A stretch of DNA of 32,000 bases, from assembly GCF_000020025.1 (NCBI RefSeq), contig NC_010628.1:2190001-2222000 (forward strand), in the 5' to 3' direction. This document shows, piece after piece, positions 29,243 to 32,000 of the stretch. How positions within the stretch are numbered: the stretch's first letter is position 1; each line of letters starts with the position of its first letter. The position numbers were made by a program, and so were the translations under genes. The notes below the pieces were generated by a model. That model had not been told where the DNA came from, did not search any database, and saw nothing but the letters and a program-made list of their open reading frames with translations. Source of the stretch: Nostoc punctiforme PCC 73102. GTDB taxonomy: Bacteria; Cyanobacteriota; Cyanobacteriia; Cyanobacteriales; Nostocaceae.

Positions 29243-32000
29243 TTAAAGCTTTTGTCGCGCCATCAGTTGGGCAAACAATCCTGGTTGATTAGCGAGTTGA
29301 TCAAAACTGCCTTCTTGGACTACACGACCATTCTCGAATACATAGATGCGATCGGCGTTGCGAATGGTACTCAGACGGTGAGCGATCGCAATTCGTGTCA
29401 CCTTCAAACGCTCTAAACTTTGACTGACGATCGCTTGGGTGCGGTTATCTAAGGCACTGGTGGCTTCATCAAATAACAAGATTTTGGGTTTTAATACTAG
29501 CGATCGGGCAATCAATAATCGCTGGCGTTGCCCTCCAGAGATATTAGTTCCTCCTTCACTAATTACCGTGTGCATTCCCATTGGCATCGATTCGACATCT
29601 TCAGCAAAGCCAGCCATCCGCGCGGCTTCCCACGCTTCATCCATTGAGATCATCGCTCCACTGGCGATATTCTCAAAGATCGATGCAGATGTCAATCGGC
29701 TATTTTGCATCACAACTCCTAGTTGCCGACGCATTGCATGAATATCTAACCCGGTTAAATCTTGTCCGTCGTAATAAATCGTGCCAGATTCCGGGACATC
29801 AAACCCCAGTAATAATCGGAACAGGGTTGATTTTCCACTCCCCGAAGCTCCGACAAAAGCGATAAATTCCCCAGCTTCCGCATGAATGCTAACATCATCC
29901 AATGTCAAAGGCCCGTCATCTCGATACCGGAAAATCACATGATCCACAACCAATCGTCCAGAAAGCCGACCTGGATCGGTTTTTTCCGAGTCAACTTCCG
30001 GTTTGGATTCCAGAATCGGCTGCGCTCGTTCCCACAAAGGAACCACTTGCAAGACATCTATAATCGTGCCGCTGAGACTGGTAGCTCCACCGATAAATGT
30101 GCCAAATGCTGCATTAAATGCTAAAAATACACCTGTAGATAAACCACCTTCTGGGGAATTGGCTTGCTGAAGTAAACTGCTGGCGAACCAGAAGAGGATT
30201 GCTGTAGTCAATACAGGCAAGATTTTATTAATCACAGCCAGAGCATCTTCAATGCCTTGGGTACTCAGCATCCATTTGATTTGCTGACTATACTGTTTTC
30301 CCCAAAAAGCAAAGGCGCGGGCTTCTGCGCCTGCAACTCGCAATTTGCTAACGCCGTTGATTAACTGCACCATTACCCCTGAGAGTTGTCCTTGTAACTC
30401 TAGTAAGGGACGAACCTTCCGTAGAGTGTAAATTCCCGAAACCAGAGTAATAGTAATGTTGACAAAAGCAACAAGAGTGGCAATTAACGCTAGCGAACCG
30501 TTGTAATAAAAAAGCAGTCCTAAATTCAGAAACGCGAACAAACTGGTGAAAATACTTCTAAGAACCGTGCTACTAAGCTTTTGGCGGATTTGGCTAATGG
30601 CGCTTACCCGTGAATTTAAGTCTCCAGTTGAGTACTGACGGAAGAATGATGCTTTTAGATTCAATAACCGATCCCAGACTGCTGCTTGGGTGGAAGCATC
30701 GGCAAAGGTTTCCACGCGCATGATTGCAAAGCCTTGAGCAAGTTGAAACAAGGTGCTACCAAATGCAGTTGCTAGCAGCGCTAAGGCAATTTGCACTAAT
30801 AAGCCGCGATTGGCATCAGGAATGGCACTGTCAATCAAGATGGCCATAGCTTGGGGGACAATCATTCCTAATAAACTCGTCGCCATACCCGCAGCCAAGA
30901 CAATCAACAATTCCTTGTAGTGTCCTTGGAGAGCAAATTTCAGTAAATCGATGGTGGTGAGAACTTTATCAGGTAATGGGCGATAGAAGGTATAGCCCGT
31001 TAGCGCCAGTTTAATCGCACTTTTAGCATTAACCGGAGTGCGCGATCGCTTAATTGGATCAAAAATCTCATAGCGGGTATCAGACACAGGTAACAGCGCC
31101 ACAGGATTGTTATCTTCTAGCGTGTAAGCCAGCATTGCACCGCAATCCTTCTTCCACCATTGACCTTGTAAAGCGATCGTTCGGGTTCGTAAACGAGAAG
31201 CACGAGCGATCGCTTGTAGCGGATCTTGAACTCGTTTCAGGTCTTCAGACTTAGCTGGTGGTCGAATCGTCACACCCAAAGTTCGCCCCACAGCACCCGC
31301 AGCAATCAGCAAAGCTTGGTCAAAATCATTGGCTTCAATTTGAGCAGAAGCGGCAATTTGTGGAGATTGCAGCAACGAGGCTAACTCGCCCAGCGTCTCC
31401 TTCATTACATGATCGTTGAGGTGTTGCCGTTCTTGAAATCGGTTTAATTCTACCGCTTTTTCTTGCTGTTCCAGAAGAAAAAGACTCTGAAGAAAGTAGA
31501 CTTGAATTTGGAAAATCCCCCTCAACAGAGTATTTCCATCCTCAATCTCAGACGTAGTTAGGATTTCTAGCTCGGTTGTATCTTCAGCTTGAAACCACAT
31601 ATCTGCGCTCAACGGCACCAATCCTGATTGAGGCATGACTAAGAGTGTCTCAAACCCCATCCAAACCGCATAACCACGCTGAATTTGCACCCAGGATACC
31701 AGTTCTCGCTGTGGTTGGAAAATCTGACCATTGCTGAGTGAGAAATAGCGAACCCCTTCTTCTTGAAACGGCAGTCCAGGTGGAGTAATAGAAGACAGCG
31801 CCAATCCTAGTTGCTCAATCCATCCCTCTATTAAAGTTACGGCTTCACCATTGCGATCGCTAATAAATTCCCGAAAATCTTTCCTTGAAACTTTCATAAG
31901 TTCCGTTTCTTCAATCGACACCGCCAGAAGTTGATACGGTATCGGCTGAGAATCACTAATGATGCCAAACATTGCCTGTCTAGTTCGGGTGGTAAATAAA
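29243..32000 (-). CDS. ABC exporter (fused permease-ATPase) of the NHLP/Nif11 bacteriocin-system type with a long non-peptidase N-terminal region. The 5' end lies beyond the window
   Basis: It has six TM helices plus an NBD with Walker A (GASGSGKST), the signature LSGGQRQR, Walker B (LLFDEATSALD) and the H-loop (IAHR). The N-terminal 330 aa or so include a cNMP-binding-like tail (ELMKVSRKDFREFI). The reading frame stays open upstream of the ORF-track Met at 31972, all the way to position 32000. Confidence 0.85.
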   Translation of the reverse strand, partial: LFTTRTRQAMFGIISDSQPIPYQLLAVSIEETELMKVSRKDFREFISDRNGEAVTLIEGWIEQLGLALSSITPPGLPFQEEGVRYFSLSNGQIFQPQRELVSWVQIQRGYAVWMGFETLLVMPQSGLVPLSADMWFQAEDTTELEILTTSEIEDGNTLLRGIFQIQVYFLQSLFLLEQQEKAVELNRFQERQHLNDHVMKETLGELASLLQSPQIAASAQIEANDFDQALLIAAGAVGRTLGVTIRPPAKSEDLKRVQDPLQAIARASRLRTRTIALQGQWWKKDCGAMLAYTLEDNNPVALLPVSDTRYEIFDPIKRSRTPVNAKSAIKLALTGYTFYRPLPDKVLTTIDLLKFALQGHYKELLIVLAAGMATSLLGMIVPQAMAILIDSAIPDANRGLLVQIALALLATAFGSTLFQLAQGFAIMRVETFADASTQAAVWDRLLNLKASFFRQYSTGDLNSRVSAISQIRQKLSSTVLRSIFTSLFAFLNLGLLFYYNGSLALIATLVAFVNITITLVSGIYTLRKVRPLLELQGQLSGVMVQLINGVSKLRVAGAEARAFAFWGKQYSQQIKWMLSTQGIEDALAVINKILPVLTTAILFWFASSLLQQANSPEGGLSTGVFLAFNAAFGTFIGGATSLSGTIIDVLQVVPLWERAQPILESKPEVDSEKTDPGRLSGRLVVDHVIFRYRDDGPLTLDDVSIHAEAGEFIAFVGASGSGKSTLFRLLLGFDVPESGTIYYDGQDLTGLDIHAMRRQLGVVMQNSRLTSASIFENIASGAMISMDEAWEAARMAGFAEDVESMPMGMHTVISEGGTNISGGQRQRLLIARSLVLKPKILLFDEATSALDNRTQAIVSQSLERLKVTRIAIAHRLSTIRNADRIYVFENGRVVQEGSFDQLANQPGLFAQLMARQKL

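Overview
This window looks like a chromosomal segment from a filamentous, heterocyst-forming (Nostocales-type) cyanobacterium. The assignment rests on at least 29 copies of the HIP1 octamer GCGATCGC (counted by eye), heptamer STRR-like tandem repeats, MITE-like or small dispersed intergenic repeats, and gene content. I support about 24 protein-coding genes and found no rRNA, tRNA or CRISPR array.

Main blocks:
(1) An orphan OmpR-type response regulator.
(2) A gluconolactonase-DoxX pair with a 4-nt ATGA start/stop overlap.
(3) A long minus-strand array (12845 down to 5513). It encodes two paralogous His-rich 4-TM DUF2231-like proteins, an ARTO-type heme-copper oxidase (ctaC without CuA ligands, ctaD of A2 type, ctaE), a small 2-TM protein, a type-2 NADH dehydrogenase and a VOC-fold protein. 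A 160-bp MITE sits between ctaD and ctaE.
(4) A plus-strand cluster: glucose 1-dehydrogenase (SDR), GDE-type amylo-1,6-glucosidase, CDF metal transporter, GH15 glucoamylase and a cupin.
(5) A DUF1400/alpha-beta hydrolase pseudogene with an internal deletion.
(6) A signalling block: a Cache-HAMP-PAS hybrid kinase, divergent from a REC-HisKA_3 kinase and a NarL-type regulator.
(7) A DUF3455 secreted protein coupled to an NHLP/Nif11-type bacteriocin ABC exporter that runs off the window edge.

The most promising uncharacterised candidate is the DUF2231 pair heading the CuA-less oxidase operon. Together with NDH-2 and the glycogen-to-gluconate genes it suggests a self-contained catabolic and respiratory module. 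All family assignments come from reading motifs in the translated ORFs. No database search was run.
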